Numbered from the stretch's first letter, positions 38,270 through 51,758 are shown. The stretch: 64,000 nucleotides of DNA from the human T2T-CHM13v2.0 reference genome, Homo sapiens (GCF_009914755.1 NC_060938.1); one strand, 5' to 3'. A program made the numbers and translations. The notes: generated by a model from the sequence alone, not told the origin.

Positions 38270-41200
38270 CTCTTGCAGATAAACACGATAAAATCTAGCC
38301 AAAATACGAAGAACAAAGTGCAAAATACAAAGGAAGGAAGGCAACTAGAAAGCCCTGAAAAGCATATTCTGGAGGGAAGTCAACTCGGGAAGAAAAGGAT
38401 GATACTGGGTAAGCTTTCCATGTTTATGAGTTTGAGGCTGAGAGTTAGCACTACGTGAGGTAGAACACCAACAGAAAAACTGTCTTTCTGGCCTGAAGAA
38501 CCAGAGGAGAGAGTTCGGAGCAACCACAGACACTGGGAGTGAGGGTATACCCCACAAAAGAGAGAATCAGAAAAGAGCAAACGAAATCCTGCATATAACT
38601 CAGCCCAAATCTATGGCTAACCCCGCCCTTGCAAGCCTGGAACAAACTCCAGGAAAGGACAAAATAATTGAACTGAGATTTGAGCTTCAGCTGCTGCCCC
38701 AGAGGAGGTGGCAGTTTGAGTTCTTCCAAGTTAATTGTTTGCTAAAACAAAATAATCAAAACTCTTCAGAGGAATACTACAGAATACAAAGTTCCCATAA
38801 CATAATATTCAAAATAGCCAGGACAGGATCCAACATTGCTTGACCTATGAAAAACCAGGAAAATGTGACAAATTCTCAAGAAAAAGACTTAAAAACAGAT
38901 CCTGAGATGACCCTGATGTTGGAATTTGCAAACAAGAAATTTATGACAAATATTCTAATTATGCTCAGTGATGTTAAGAAATAGTGAATGATGAGATAGG
39001 CAATCTCAACAGAGAAAGAGAAACTATAAAAATGAACCAAGTAGAAATTCTAAGGTAAAAAATGCAATATCTAAAAGAAAAAATATACTGTATGGGCTTA
39101 ACAGCAAATAAAGATGACAGGAAACAACCAGTGAACTTAAAGATAAATCAACAAGTTATCCAATTTAAAGAGCACTGAAAAAAAAAAGACACTCTTTAAA
39201 AAAGAACATGGCACACTCACTAAGATGACAACAACAACAATAATAATGAGAAAATGAGTCCTGGCATGGATGTGGAGCAATTAGAACCCTCTGCTGGCAA
39301 GAATGTAAAATAGTGCAGCTGCTGTGAAAAAGTTTGACAGTTTCTCAAAAAGTGAAACAGCAATTCTACAATTACCAATATACCCAAAAGAATTAAAAAT
39401 AGGTATTCAAACAATAACTTAAAATTAATGTTCCTAGAAGCACTATTTATAAGAGCCATAGAGTAAAAATAACCTAAATGCACATAAACTGATAAATGAA
39501 TAAATAGATGGTATATCCATGACAGAATATGGTATATCCATGACAGAATATTATTCAGCCATTAAAAAGAATGAAGTACTCATATATGCTACAACATAAA
39601 TGAACCTCAAAAACATGCTAAGTGAAAGAAGTCAGACACAAAAGGTCACATACTGTATGATTCCATTGATATGAAATATCCAGAATAGGTAAATCCATAA
39701 AGGCAGAAAGCATATTAGTGGTTGCCAGGGGCTGAGGCAAGAATAGGAAGTGACTGCTTCACGGGTACTATGTTTCCTTTTAGGGGGAAGAAAATATTTT
39801 GAACTAGAAAGAAATGATGGTTGCACAATATTGTGAATATATCAAATGTCAATAAATCATACACCATAACATGGCTACTTTTACTATTTACTATTGTGAA
39901 TCTCATCTCAATTAAAACAAATTTTTAATCAACAGTACCTCTGTGACCTATAGTACAATACCAAAAAGTTAATACATAATTAGTGTCACAGAAGAAGGCA
40001 ATAGAAAGAATGGGGCAGAGAGAATATTTGAAAAATAATTATTTCAAATATTTGACTAGAAACTTACCAAAAACATCATGAAAGATTATAAATTTAGAGA
40101 TTTAAGTTCAATGATACACACACACACACACACACACGCACACACAGAGAGATCTAGATTCCTTTCTTACAACCTACACAGATGTTTATCCCAGAAATTT
40201 AATGTAATTAAGCACAATAAAACAATCATATCATTTTAATATATTTAATAAGTATTTAACAAATAACATTCTTCATTATAAAAACTCTCAGCAAACTAGA
40301 AATAAAAAGGTACCTCCTCAATCTGATAAAAGGCATCTAGGAAAAACCTATGGCTAACAACACATTTAATTAAGATTAAATAAATGAAGAGCAATACCAT
40401 GTTTATGGATTATGTCTTAGTCCATTTTGTGCTGTTGTAACAGAATACCAGGGACTAGGTAACTTACAAAGAAAAGAATCTCACAGTTCTGGAGGCTGGG
40501 AAGTCCAATATCAAGGTGCTGGCATCTGGCAAGGACCTTCCTGCTTGTCATCCCAAGATGGAAGGCAAGATGTGGAGGTAAAAGGGGGAGGACTGGAGAG
40601 GGAGGGAGGGAGGGAGCAAGAGAGAGGGAGAAAGAGAGAGAGACAGAACCAAACTCACCCTTTTATTAAATAAAATGAACCCACTCCCTGTAATAACAAA
40701 CCCACCCCCAGTCTCCCAGTAATGGCATCAATACATTCATGAGAGCACAGCACTCATGTAACCCCAATCATAATCCCACCCAGGCTTTTTTTTTCCCTTT
40801 GGTAGACATGCTGCTTCTAAATTTTATGCAGAAATGCAAAGGACTTAGAATACCGAAAGCAATTTTGAAAAATACAAAACTGAAAGACAACTTGATTCAA
40901 GACTATTATAAAGCTACAGCAATCATGACAGTGTGGTTCTGGCATAAGGATAAAAATATCAACCATTAGAACAGAAAAGAGAACCCAGACTTAGATATAC
41001 ACTTTTAATATATCTTATCTTTCTGATAAGAAAGCAGTTCTTTGGGGAGACTTTTCAACAATTGGCCCCACAATAACTGAATATCCACATGGAAAAACTG
41101 GACCTAGATTCCTATTTTACAACCTACACATAATAATCCAAGATGAATCACAGACCTCAATATAAAAGCTGAACTTATAAAGCTCTTACAGAAAAACGTG

Positions 41201-41280
41201 AGAGAATATTTTTTGGCCTGGGATAGGAAAATGGGGGAAGAACCGTTTCTTAGGTCACAAAAAACAATCATAAAAGCAAA
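38270..41280 (+). mobile_element. Fragmented ancient L1M (5'/ORF1/ORF2 pieces) with a nested L1MB-like 3' end (~39230-39915) and an MST LTR
   Basis: ORF1-like AG-rich text, caagactattataaagctacagcaatc ORF2 piece, aaaaagaatgaagtact 3'-end motif. Confidence 0.65.
40413..40762 (-). mobile_element. MSTC/MSTD-like LTR (truncated)
   Basis: tgtcttagtccattttgtgctg...cagttctggaggctgggaagtccaa. Confidence 0.75.
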
Positions 41281-42077
41281 TAATTCTGCCTTTCCGAGAA
41301 TGTGTATTGTATAATGAACACGCATCATAGAAGAATCAATCATGTACATTTAGACCCATTATTTAATTTGTGAGTCTCAATTTCCCCATGTGTTTAATAA
41401 GGCTAATAATCTCATTGATTTTTTTTTGTAATAATAAAATTGAGAATCTATCCAGAGGTTCTCTCATTTGGCTGATAGGCAATAAATGTTTATCTACTCT
41501 TGTTTCCAGTGGTCCACAAAAAGTATGTGCCTAATAACAAAAAAGCAATACTTTCTCCAAAAAAAATCATTAAAAAAAAGTCAAACTAATTCCCCTTTAA
41601 CAATCACATACTTTGGTCTCCCTTAAAAAACTTTAAAAGTATAATGTAAACTTTAACAGAAACATTACTTATCTAATAGACATACTACTTATACAAAAAT
41701 CTGTATCTTTAGTGTACATTTACTTTGCATCCATTCTTGTAAATATTTACTTATAGACAGGAAGCAACATTATGCAAAGAATTAAATATTTTCTTAAAAT
41801 CATCTCTTAAGTCTCTTGAACCCTAAAATTTTCTGTTACAAGTTTCTTATTTCTAACTTACCAAGAGGTTGATCTTCAGGTGCTACAAGTGGTTATGCTT
41901 TGAAATACAAAATTGCTGACATATACAAGGGCTTTTCCCTTCCAAACCCAGATTAATTTTAATATGAAATATTAATTGGTTAATTCCACATGGTTCCAAT
42001 TTGATGTAATTTAATTAGCTAAGGGCGTAGATCACACCTAAATCAAATACTTTACAAAAAAAAAAAAAAACTATCCC

Positions 42078-42565
42078 ATGGTAGCTTAAAGATAACTGCA
42101 AATCACTGAAAATACTTCTCATTGATTCACAGTGAGGACTATGCCCCCTCCACTTGAATCTGAGCAGGTTCTGTGACCGCCTGACCAATAGAATATGATG
42201 GAGGTGATGCCATGATAGTTTCTGGGCCCAGGCCTCAAAGAAGAGGCAGTTTCCACTTCCTGCCTCCTAGAACCCAGCTGCCATGCTGTGAGGAAGCCCA
42301 AGAAGAAAGTACTGTGAGGAAGAACTGAGACCCCTGGTTTAACTCCAAGCCAAATGTCAGCACTAACTTGTCAACCATGTAAGTGAGCCATGTTGAAAGT
42401 GAAGTTTCCTGCCCCACCTGTGACACCCTGGTTGACACTCGAGGATCAGAGACACGATGTTCTTGCCAAGTCCTTCCCAAACTATAGATTTGTGATGAGA
42501 ATAAATTGTTGTTTTTCTAAGCCTCTACTTTTGGAGTAGTATGTTATACAGCAACCGATACTGGA
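42078..42565 (+). mobile_element. MLT1G/H-like solo LTR just beyond the PPP2R5E poly(A) site
   Basis: tgaccaatagaatatg...ccagctgccatgctgtgaggaagccc...gttatacagcaa. Confidence 0.75.
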
Positions 42566-42700
42566 CCATTTCCCAATATTACATACTCATAATCATAAAC
42601 TGACTTCTCAAAATGAAAGCCTGAACATACCAACCCCACTGCCTCAAAGCTAAGTTAATCAAATCTAATATTTGTATGGTTCAAAAGGCCACGGAGTTCA

Positions 42701-42756
42701 GAAACAAACAAACAAAAACAGCCAGGCACCTGAAAACTCTTCACTGCTTCTTTATT
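42701..42756 (-). terminator. Distal polyadenylation signal: AATAAA (42756-42751) with downstream GU/U-rich element TGTTTTTGTTTGTTTGTTTC (42720-42701)
   Basis: Plus strand tttatt at 42751-42756 and gaaacaaacaaacaaaaaca at 42701-42720; canonical spacing. Confidence 0.8.
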
Positions 42757-45700
42757 ATGATGCACCCACAGTACAGAACCTCTCACACATCTGTGAAAGG
42801 GGAAGGTTACATTTCTTTTTGGGGAGCACCTTCATTTTTGTTTCTGTTACCACTTTGAAGAAAGCAAATCATTTCCAAAGAAAAACATTTTAAATTCCAA
42901 GTGTTTAAGACTCAGCTTGTATTTTGTGGTGTTTGAAAAGGAAGTAGCATGTTTTAGCCAGAGGTGGAAGATTGTTTTGTGGCATTTTAAGTTTGATGTG
43001 GATCAGAAGTCTTCACTGTCTGGTTGAACCAGTCTATAATTTTCATATGCAACTTTTCATATCAAAAATGTTTCATTTTTACCTCTACTCACAAAGAGAT
43101 GCTGTTTAAAAAAACACACACACAGCTAAATTTAAAACCGATCATGAACCACAGCATTACTAACAGGGAAAATGAACTTTTGCTGCCCTCTCCTGCTAAA
43201 ACAATGAAATACTAAAATACCAAAAGATTTATGAAGCTAAAGCGAAGTCCTCAAACCAAAAGCAACAGACATGTCATTCTCATTATACTTCAATCAAAAA
43301 TCAGACAACAACCAGAAAATGCATTGGTAATATTTATATTTGAAAATTCCCCATTGATACATGAGGTTTGGATTACAACTTATTTACAATAAGTGATTTC
43401 AAAAAAAGTAAAGAAAGAGGAAGGGAAGAGGGAAGGAGGAAAAGAGAAGCTGAGAGAGAAAAAAAAAAGAGAAAGGTGGGGGAAGGAGGGAGGGAAGGAA
43501 GAAAAGGAAACCTATATTCATAGACATCATAATATGGGATGTTTATTTCCAAGAGAGATACTACTGCTGCTATCGTGCACAAGAAGCAGCACAAATTAAC
43601 ATTCCGCTAGATCACAATTTGCTCAACTTTCTCTCAAGATGCACAATCCTTCTTTTAGGTTTTCAAAATTAAATATAGAGGAATATAAAATGCAATGCCA
43701 ATATACCTACTACAAAAATCTTTGTGGCTCATTCCTTAACTCCACTCAGAGAAGCAGCTGAGCCAGAATACAAAAATAAAAATATTGATGTGCAAATAAA
43801 ACATCAGTGATCATGTCTGGTGCCACCTTTTTGTTACAGGTGACTGTCACTTTATGATAACATTGGTAATAGCATCAAAAGAGAATCTCTTCATTTCCTG
43901 GGCCAGGTCAGTGCATCCAATTAAAAGGAAAAAAGGAAAACAAGGAAAAAAAACCACCCCAAACCCCAAAAAACTCTAAACACTTAAAAATGCCAATAAC
44001 ATCCATACATCCCTTTCCCATCCCACCCTCATCCCCACAAAAAAATAAAAAAGCTTTTAAAGCTCTAAATATACTTTTTTTGTTTCTTTCCATAGTGTGA
44101 TTGAGCCTAGGGCTATACATTTAAGTATAGCAGGTGCAATTACAAGCAAGTCCTGGCTCTGCACCCTGGACTATCCCACGCATAGGAGGTACAAAATAAA
44201 TTAAACCCTTTCATTTAGGCAAACAAGCCCAAGATGAAGGAGCATAACCCTGCTTGTGAGTATCCAGTGGCATCGAGGGTATTATTTATTTCTTTTTTTT
44301 TCTTTTCTTTTATAAAAAACAGTCAAATGTTAGGGAGAGCAAAATATAATAAAATTTAAAAGGACAAAAACTCAACACTGAAGGAAAACAACTGGGGATA
44401 CTTCACAATGAGAAACAGGAATGCATGCTTGATTCAAAGTATGAGATGGGTGAATTCACTCACATAGTTGTTCTAGGCCCACAGCCTAAGGCCTCAGCGT
44501 CATTCTAAACCACAGGGTTGTGTGTATTTTTCTCTTCCAAAGACACTCTTAATCCTATCCCTGAAACCAATATGGTAAGGATAAGGTTGGAGTGATCATC
44601 ACTCACTAACTACAATATTTGCTATTTAAAAAATATATTTATATATAGTTCTGGAAATTATGAAGCAAACAAAATATAACACAAAGATGCATTTGTCACA
44701 ATTAACTCAAGTTGCAGCAACAGCAGAATTGTGGGAAGGGACAGAGAGAGAGGGCTGCTGCAAATGCAGCAAGTACGTCCTGAAATATGTCACATAGTGC
44801 AACAGTCAGATTACCTCAGTTACTCTGCGTCACCGCACACAACATGACTAATGTCACATTGTCACTTTCCATTAAAAAAGAAAAAGACGGTGTTTCTTCT
44901 CAGAAGTTGCCCTACGAATTTTAGACATATAGCTTTAATTGATTCTATAAATATGTCTAAAATGTGGCTTTATTCTTCTCAGTTTGGAATGATCAACATA
45001 CAAAATTGACATCAAGGAGGAGAGCTGTAAGTGTTCACCTTTACTCTTGAAGACAGGGTAAGGTACAAAAAAGGATCCTGGCCTTTCTCATTTCAAATGA
45101 CTGCATTTCATTCCAATGAGCAGAGATTCTTCATAAACCTGTGATTTTAATGTCTTCTACCTAAAAAGATGAATTAATGGCAAACAAAAGTTTACACTAT
45201 ATAAACTAAATATAATGCAGAGTTGAAACTAAAGGGCTAAAATGACAAGGGCTAAAAAGGAGAAGATTTGTTACAAATTTATTTTTTATCACATTGTTCC
45301 AGCATTTTTAAAGTCAGTTGTTTCGTCTTTGGCAGCCTCTGCCAACTTTACAGTGAATCCCCATCAATGTTCTTTAAAAAAAAAAAAAAAAAAACTATTA
45401 ATTCCATTAAACCATGTTGCGTCTGGTGTTGCATATGACTTTTTTTTTTTACTGCTTTTTTTTTTCTTTTTGGAATTAACAATGCCAGTTTTGTTTGTTT
45501 TTTTACAAAGTTACCGAGATGACAATATCCATAATTAGCTGACTCTTACGTACACACTGTGACCTGATCATCCTGAAAAACTTTATGGGGGAGAAAGGTC
45601 AGCAGCTTCTCTTTCTTTTTCTTGAAAATAATAAAACTGCGTATTCTACTTTATATTTAAATGTAAGGAAGAAAATATACAAGCCCATATTTATATTGTA

Positions 45701-46003
45701 TTTCTATTAAGAGCAACAATAGTTCATATGTTCATGTTTGCTACTATCACAATTCAACATATGAACACAGATCAGCTCTATACCATGAATACTGCTGGAA
45801 GTGATGGTTTAGGATTACCAACTCACTGCTGCCATGACCAAAACAAGCAAATGCATCCTGGAAATAAACCTCCAAACACATATCTTTCAGTACGTAATAA
45901 TGCAACTGCATTAGGTAAGTACATACTGTACACAAATTTTATCAGCAGTTTACCTACCCAAGATGTAAGATTCTTCATTTAAATACAAAGCAGAGAGCCA
46001 ATA

Positions 46004-46053
<50 letters not shown>

Positions 46054-47387
46054 CAGCCCTAGATTTTGTTTTTTTTGTTTTTTTTTCTTAAACAATTTGG
46101 TCACGATGCACCTTTGATATAAAAGCATTTTTAAACTTTATTATTAATACTCAGGACATTAGGAATTTCCAGATTTTTTTCAGTAGCATTTGTAGAACCA
46201 CTTTTGGTAACAAATACAGTAGTTAGGAATATGCATCCAATTCAGAATGCATAATAATGTTTATCCTGAATCCTTTCCGGCTAAAAACAGGGCTGGCGCT
46301 GTGATGAGATATAGAACGAGAATCTACAAAAAACACTGTAACATGTTTGTTTTTTCCCAGAGGCTACATCCTCTTTTGCTGGAATACTTTATAAATACAT
46401 ATTAAAAAGTAAGGCAACAACTCCAAACAGTCCAAGCTGTTTGCTCAACTCTTTTCCCAATTAGATTTGCAATCCCGGTGATCAATTTCATGGTTGTATT
46501 GTTTAGTGTTTGTCTTTCTTATTTCAAATGGTCCAAAAGGATGTTTTTCTCACATTTCTAAAACATCTCTGGTATGTGTGTTCAATGATATATGCAACTA
46601 ATACTGGTCAGGTACTGAAGCCTGTGATGTCCCAGTGCCTGTTTTCAAAGGATTCAAGACATTGATTTGGATTCACCATAAACTGATGCATGAATCCGAT
46701 ATTCCCTTCCCTACTATGTTTATCACCTCTTCTCTCTTAACTCCTAATTTTAAAACTAAAGGAGTACCAGGACTACCTGGTTACTGGAAAGATGTTCACC
46801 CCAGTAAACAAAACTTTTATCAGGGACTTTTATAATTCATGACCCCATTCCACGTGGACATTCAACTCAGGAAGATGTGCAAAAGAAAAAGATGTTAAAT
46901 TACAGTCAAGTTATCCAGAGGAGGATGTTACACAAACTTATAAGGAAATGACAGTCTTTTTTTCTTCCTTTACTATAAATACATTTAACAGCTTAGCAGA
47001 AAGACAAGCTAAATTTAAGATTGTTCACATTTGAAAATTGTATCATACTCTCTGCTAGTGATAAATAAGGAACTCCCGATAATGGAATTTTAACATAGCA
47101 ATTTCATCAACAGATCTTTGAAGACCGATTTTTTTTTTTAAAAGAGGGTGAGAACAATGATTATGTTTGCAAAGTTCTGAGAAGTCCATCTACTGTCCAA
47201 ACTTTGGATTGAAGTCCTTATTTTGTTTTTTCCTTTACTTAGAGACAGGTATATACAGTGCTGCTGTAATAATGAAACAAAGGTGAAATCTACTGTAAAG
47301 TTGCACAATACAGAAAACTGTTGCTCCATCTTCTACTACATAAACGTGTGACTCCACAGGTTAGTAATGTTGTTGTCATTGTTTTTG
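42735..47387 (-). other. PPP2R5E: PPP2R5E long 3'UTR (~4.6 kb; distal end approximate)
   Basis: AT-rich stretch with no recognisable interspersed repeat from the stop codon to an AATAAA plus GU-rich element; repeats resume at <42570. Confidence 0.8.
46006..46047. repeat. (AT)21 microsatellite inside the 3'UTR
   Basis: Direct read. Confidence 0.95.
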
Positions 47388-47487
47388 TTAAGTTGGAATT
47401 ATTCCATCACGTCTAAGACCTCTCTTTAACTCCAGATCCTCCAATTTTTTCCACAATTCTTCACGCTCCTTTTCTTTCTTTTTCTCA
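47388..47487 (-). CDS. PPP2R5E: PPP2R5E terminal exon, coding part ([32 protein letters not shown])
   Basis: ttcttcctcag|T GAG AAA AAG ... ATT CCA ACT TAA; stop at 47390-47388; the C-terminus RRDGIIPT matches the epsilon paralog as I recall it. Confidence 0.97.
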
Positions 47488-48264
47488 CTGAGGAAGAAAC
47501 AGAATACAATGTAAACAGCTGAGGTTTAATGAGATTATGCAACAATGAATATTTTACAATTTCACCTTAACACTCCTTTATACTTAGCTTAATTGAGAAA
47601 ATTAACTTTAAAATTACTAAGAAACAAAAATGGGAATGACTTATATGCATCAGTTATTGTAAAATCAAGGGCATATTAGTGATTTTCACTTGCAGCTTAG
47701 TAAGAATCTTAATTTTTCTTTATCTCCAAATAGTTTCTCAAAAAGGATGCTGGAGATGACACTGATACAGAGAATATAGTAGGTCAAGAAAATATATCTG
47801 CTCCTTTATTCCTATTTTTCCCACCTCATGCATATTTAAATTCTTCAGTAGTTTAGAAGAAACTGAAAACTTGTGATTTCACTTTTAATGATCTGAAAAG
47901 AACTTGGTTGATATTATTAAGTATTAAATTTTAATGCATCAAGCCTTCAAATTGGGTTCAATATCAATTTCACTGATTTTAAATTTAGTGATTTTCAGAC
48001 TTTGAGATTTCACTATTTGGTAAAACTTCCCCCAAAAATTAGATGTCCAAATTAGAATCGACAAACTTTATATTTTGCCAAGGACATTTTAAAATTACAT
48101 TTTTACAAAAAAAGGATTTTTAACATCAACCAAGTAGGAAGTACATGATGCAGGAATATAAGACTATATTGTAAGTTATATAAATTCACATTTACTAAAA
48201 ATAATTCACTACACTGTCTCTGGTTTTTTTCCATGTTGCAGCGAACCAATAAAAAGCAGACCCA

Positions 48265-48551
48265 GGCTGGGCGCAGTGGCTCACGCCTGTAATCCTAGCA
48301 CTTTGGGAGGCCGAGGCGGGTGGATCATCAGTGAGACCCCGTCTCTACTAAAAATACAAAAATTAGCCGGGCATGGTGGCGTATGCCTAGAGTCCCAGCT
48401 ACTTGGGAGGCTGAGTCAGGAGAATCGCTTGAACCCGGGGGGCGGAGATTGTGGTGGACGGAGATTGCAGCGAGCCGAGATCACACCACTGCACTCCAGT
48501 CTGGGGGACAGAGCAAGACTCCGTCTCCAAAAAAAAATAAAAAAAAAAAAA
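48265..48551 (+). mobile_element. AluS with an internal deletion covering the B box and a short duplication (cggagattg x2)
   Basis: ggatcatcagtgagaccccg junction lacks gaggtcaggagttcgagaccagcc. Confidence 0.88.
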
Positions 48552-48916
48552 TGCTGATCCAGATTAACATTCATAAATCCAGGAATTCAGATAATTCCTG
48601 AAAATGGGGGCTCCACCATCTCAGGCATGGGGATGTAATCCATGCACTACCCCACTTAGCAAGGATTAAAACTTCAGCCACAGTACAATTTCTACGCAGG
48701 GAAATCCACATGGGTTGAGTGAAATTTGTATGTAATTCCAATGCCTCATTTTTTTTAAAACATTATAACCAATGTTTTTTAAAAGTTATATTAATATCTA
48801 GAGCAATAGAGATTAATCTTCATCCCCTCCAACTCCCAAAAAACTCAAGAAAAACCTAAGTAATTTTATATTCTTATTCCACTAGAGACTTGAGGAAATG
48901 TTGAATTATAATGCCA

Positions 48917-49007
48917 TAATAGTCTGGTATTAACCAGAAATGTTTAAGACCATATGGGAGCACAAACCAGTGGAACTCTTTACAATAAATGTTTATGGCT
49001 TAGTAAA
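48917..49007 (+). repeat. Arm A of a 91-bp long-range inverted repeat (partner 52542-52632)
   Basis: 87/91 identical to the reverse complement of 52542-52632, no gaps (manual alignment). Confidence 0.95.
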
Positions 49008-49232
49008 GCCATATGGTAATTAATATCATGATCTAATAGGTAATATTTTCATAACTTAGGCCTTGTTTACCATAATTAGTTTCAGCTATCTCAAATACAA
49101 ATCTGCACAATATAAATTTCAGTAAGCAGACTAGTTTTCATAAAATTACCTATTTGTTAATTTTGACCCTGAAAAAATTGCACTTATAGGACAATAAGGG
49201 CAAGATTAGATAATCCTCCAATCTTCTTCTGG

Positions 49233-49410
49233 CTTTTTTGTTTTTGCTTTTGTTCTTTTCTTAGAGTCAGGGTCTCATTCTGTTGCTCAGGCTAAAGTGC
49301 AGTGGCACAATCATAGCTCACTGTAGCCTCAATCACCTGGGCTCAAGCAATCCTCTTGCCTCAGCCTCCTGAGTGGCTGGGACTACAGGTGTGCACCACC
49401 ACTCCTGGTG
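49233..49410 (-). mobile_element. Alu right monomer (FRAM or truncated AluJ)
   Basis: Single arm with a T-rich tail. Confidence 0.8.
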
Positions 49411-49686
49411 CATTCCAGATTCTAAACATAATCAAGCTGTTTGACAAATTATCACTTTTTGTTTCTCAGTACAGTCTGGGAATAATTATGAGGTCTAAAT
49501 CAATGTTAGCAAAAAACACAATTTGGGTATATATAAATCAATTGTATAGATCCTGCTGACTTTCGATGAATATGACCTTTTTATTTGGAGAGATAAGGGG
49601 ATGGTAAGCAAGGGCTTGGAATTTTACTCAACTAAAAAACATTTCAATGTATTTCAGGTTCACATTGCCCTAATTTGCAGTTTTAA

Positions 49687-49815
49687 CCCATTTATGCCAG
49701 AGGTTGTAAAACTTTCTTGTGAAAAATCAGACCTTGACGATGACCTTGAGCAGTGGGATAGAAATAACTCCCACAAGCTTAGCGTTCCAATAATGGAACA
49801 CTAGGCATAAATTGG
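49687..49815 (-). mobile_element. MER85 (PGBD3-derived piggyBac MITE), complete
   Basis: TTAA TSDs at 49683-49686 and 49816-49819; TIRs CCCATTTATGCC / GGCATAAATTGG; internal palindrome GTTCCAATAATGGAAC at 49784-49799. Confidence 0.93.
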
Positions 49816-50375
49816 TTAATTAAGTGTTGACATCATTAAAACATTCATCATCTTGTTACTAAAGTGTTTCATGTTTTTGATCAAATATGGCACTCAATGC
49901 AATTTATCCTGTTGGGCTTTTCCTCCAACTGAGCATTATGCTCAGTTATCACACGGCTTTCATACTGACAACTCTATCTTTAAAAATCCTAAATATTGCT
50001 GACACAGTTATTGTCACCCCCAATCTTTCCCACTTTTCTCTCTCCCTGTAGGTGGAAATTTTAACGCTTAACCACACTGTCATGCAGGGGATATTGTCAA
50101 ATTCTCTTCTAATTTCAATTTTACATAGCACTAATGTTGGCATATGTATCTAACAGTGTTAAGTACTTATTCCACCCACCATTTTCAGATTTGTAATACT
50201 TCAAAATTTGATCTGAACTGAAACCATTAACTTCTTGCCATCCTGAAGTAAAATTGTCCATTCAGTTATTCTCTGACAGTACCAACTAAATTTCTTCATT
50301 CCCTTGTCCTATTCCCACACCTATGGAGAAACCAATGTTTCCATCTGTCAGTACACCCTTCTATTGCTCATTTGA

Positions 50376-50950
<575 letters not shown>

Positions 50951-51172
50951 CCCATTTTCTCATTAAGAAAGTACACTCATTATAAATAACTGTAATATGC
51001 CAGAATATCATAATCAACCTCAACCAGGAATAGATAAAATAATAGTTTTATCTATTCCTGGTCCCCTTAGTTAATTCTCATCTTTTTCAAGGGTTTAGTC
51101 TATTTAGTTTAGATAATAACCAGAAAATAGTTTTATTATTGAAGTTCACTAAATACAAACCAAATAATTTGA

Positions 51173-51512
<340 letters not shown>

Positions 51513-51758
51513 AAGTTCTTCAATATTCTTGATGAGATTCTACGGATTTAATCCTGGTTCAACTAGGATAATAATAATGTGCTTTCAGAGAAGATGTTAT
51601 GCACAAAGCACCTTTAACGATGCAACACAGTATTAAAATGTACCCTTGGCCGTTTTTTTAAGTAACATCCTTTAAAGATTTTAAGTTTGGGGCAAGGAGG
51701 GTTATCATAAATTTATAATTTGCAACAATCGCTAATATACTGAATTAAAAGTTGTTTA

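Noticed and set aside
40150-41130. ~30-bp direct similarity (ctagattcct..ttacaacctacaca) at ~40153 and ~41104
   Set aside because: Both lie within fragmented ancient L1 sequence; most likely an old internal rearrangement, too short to interpret
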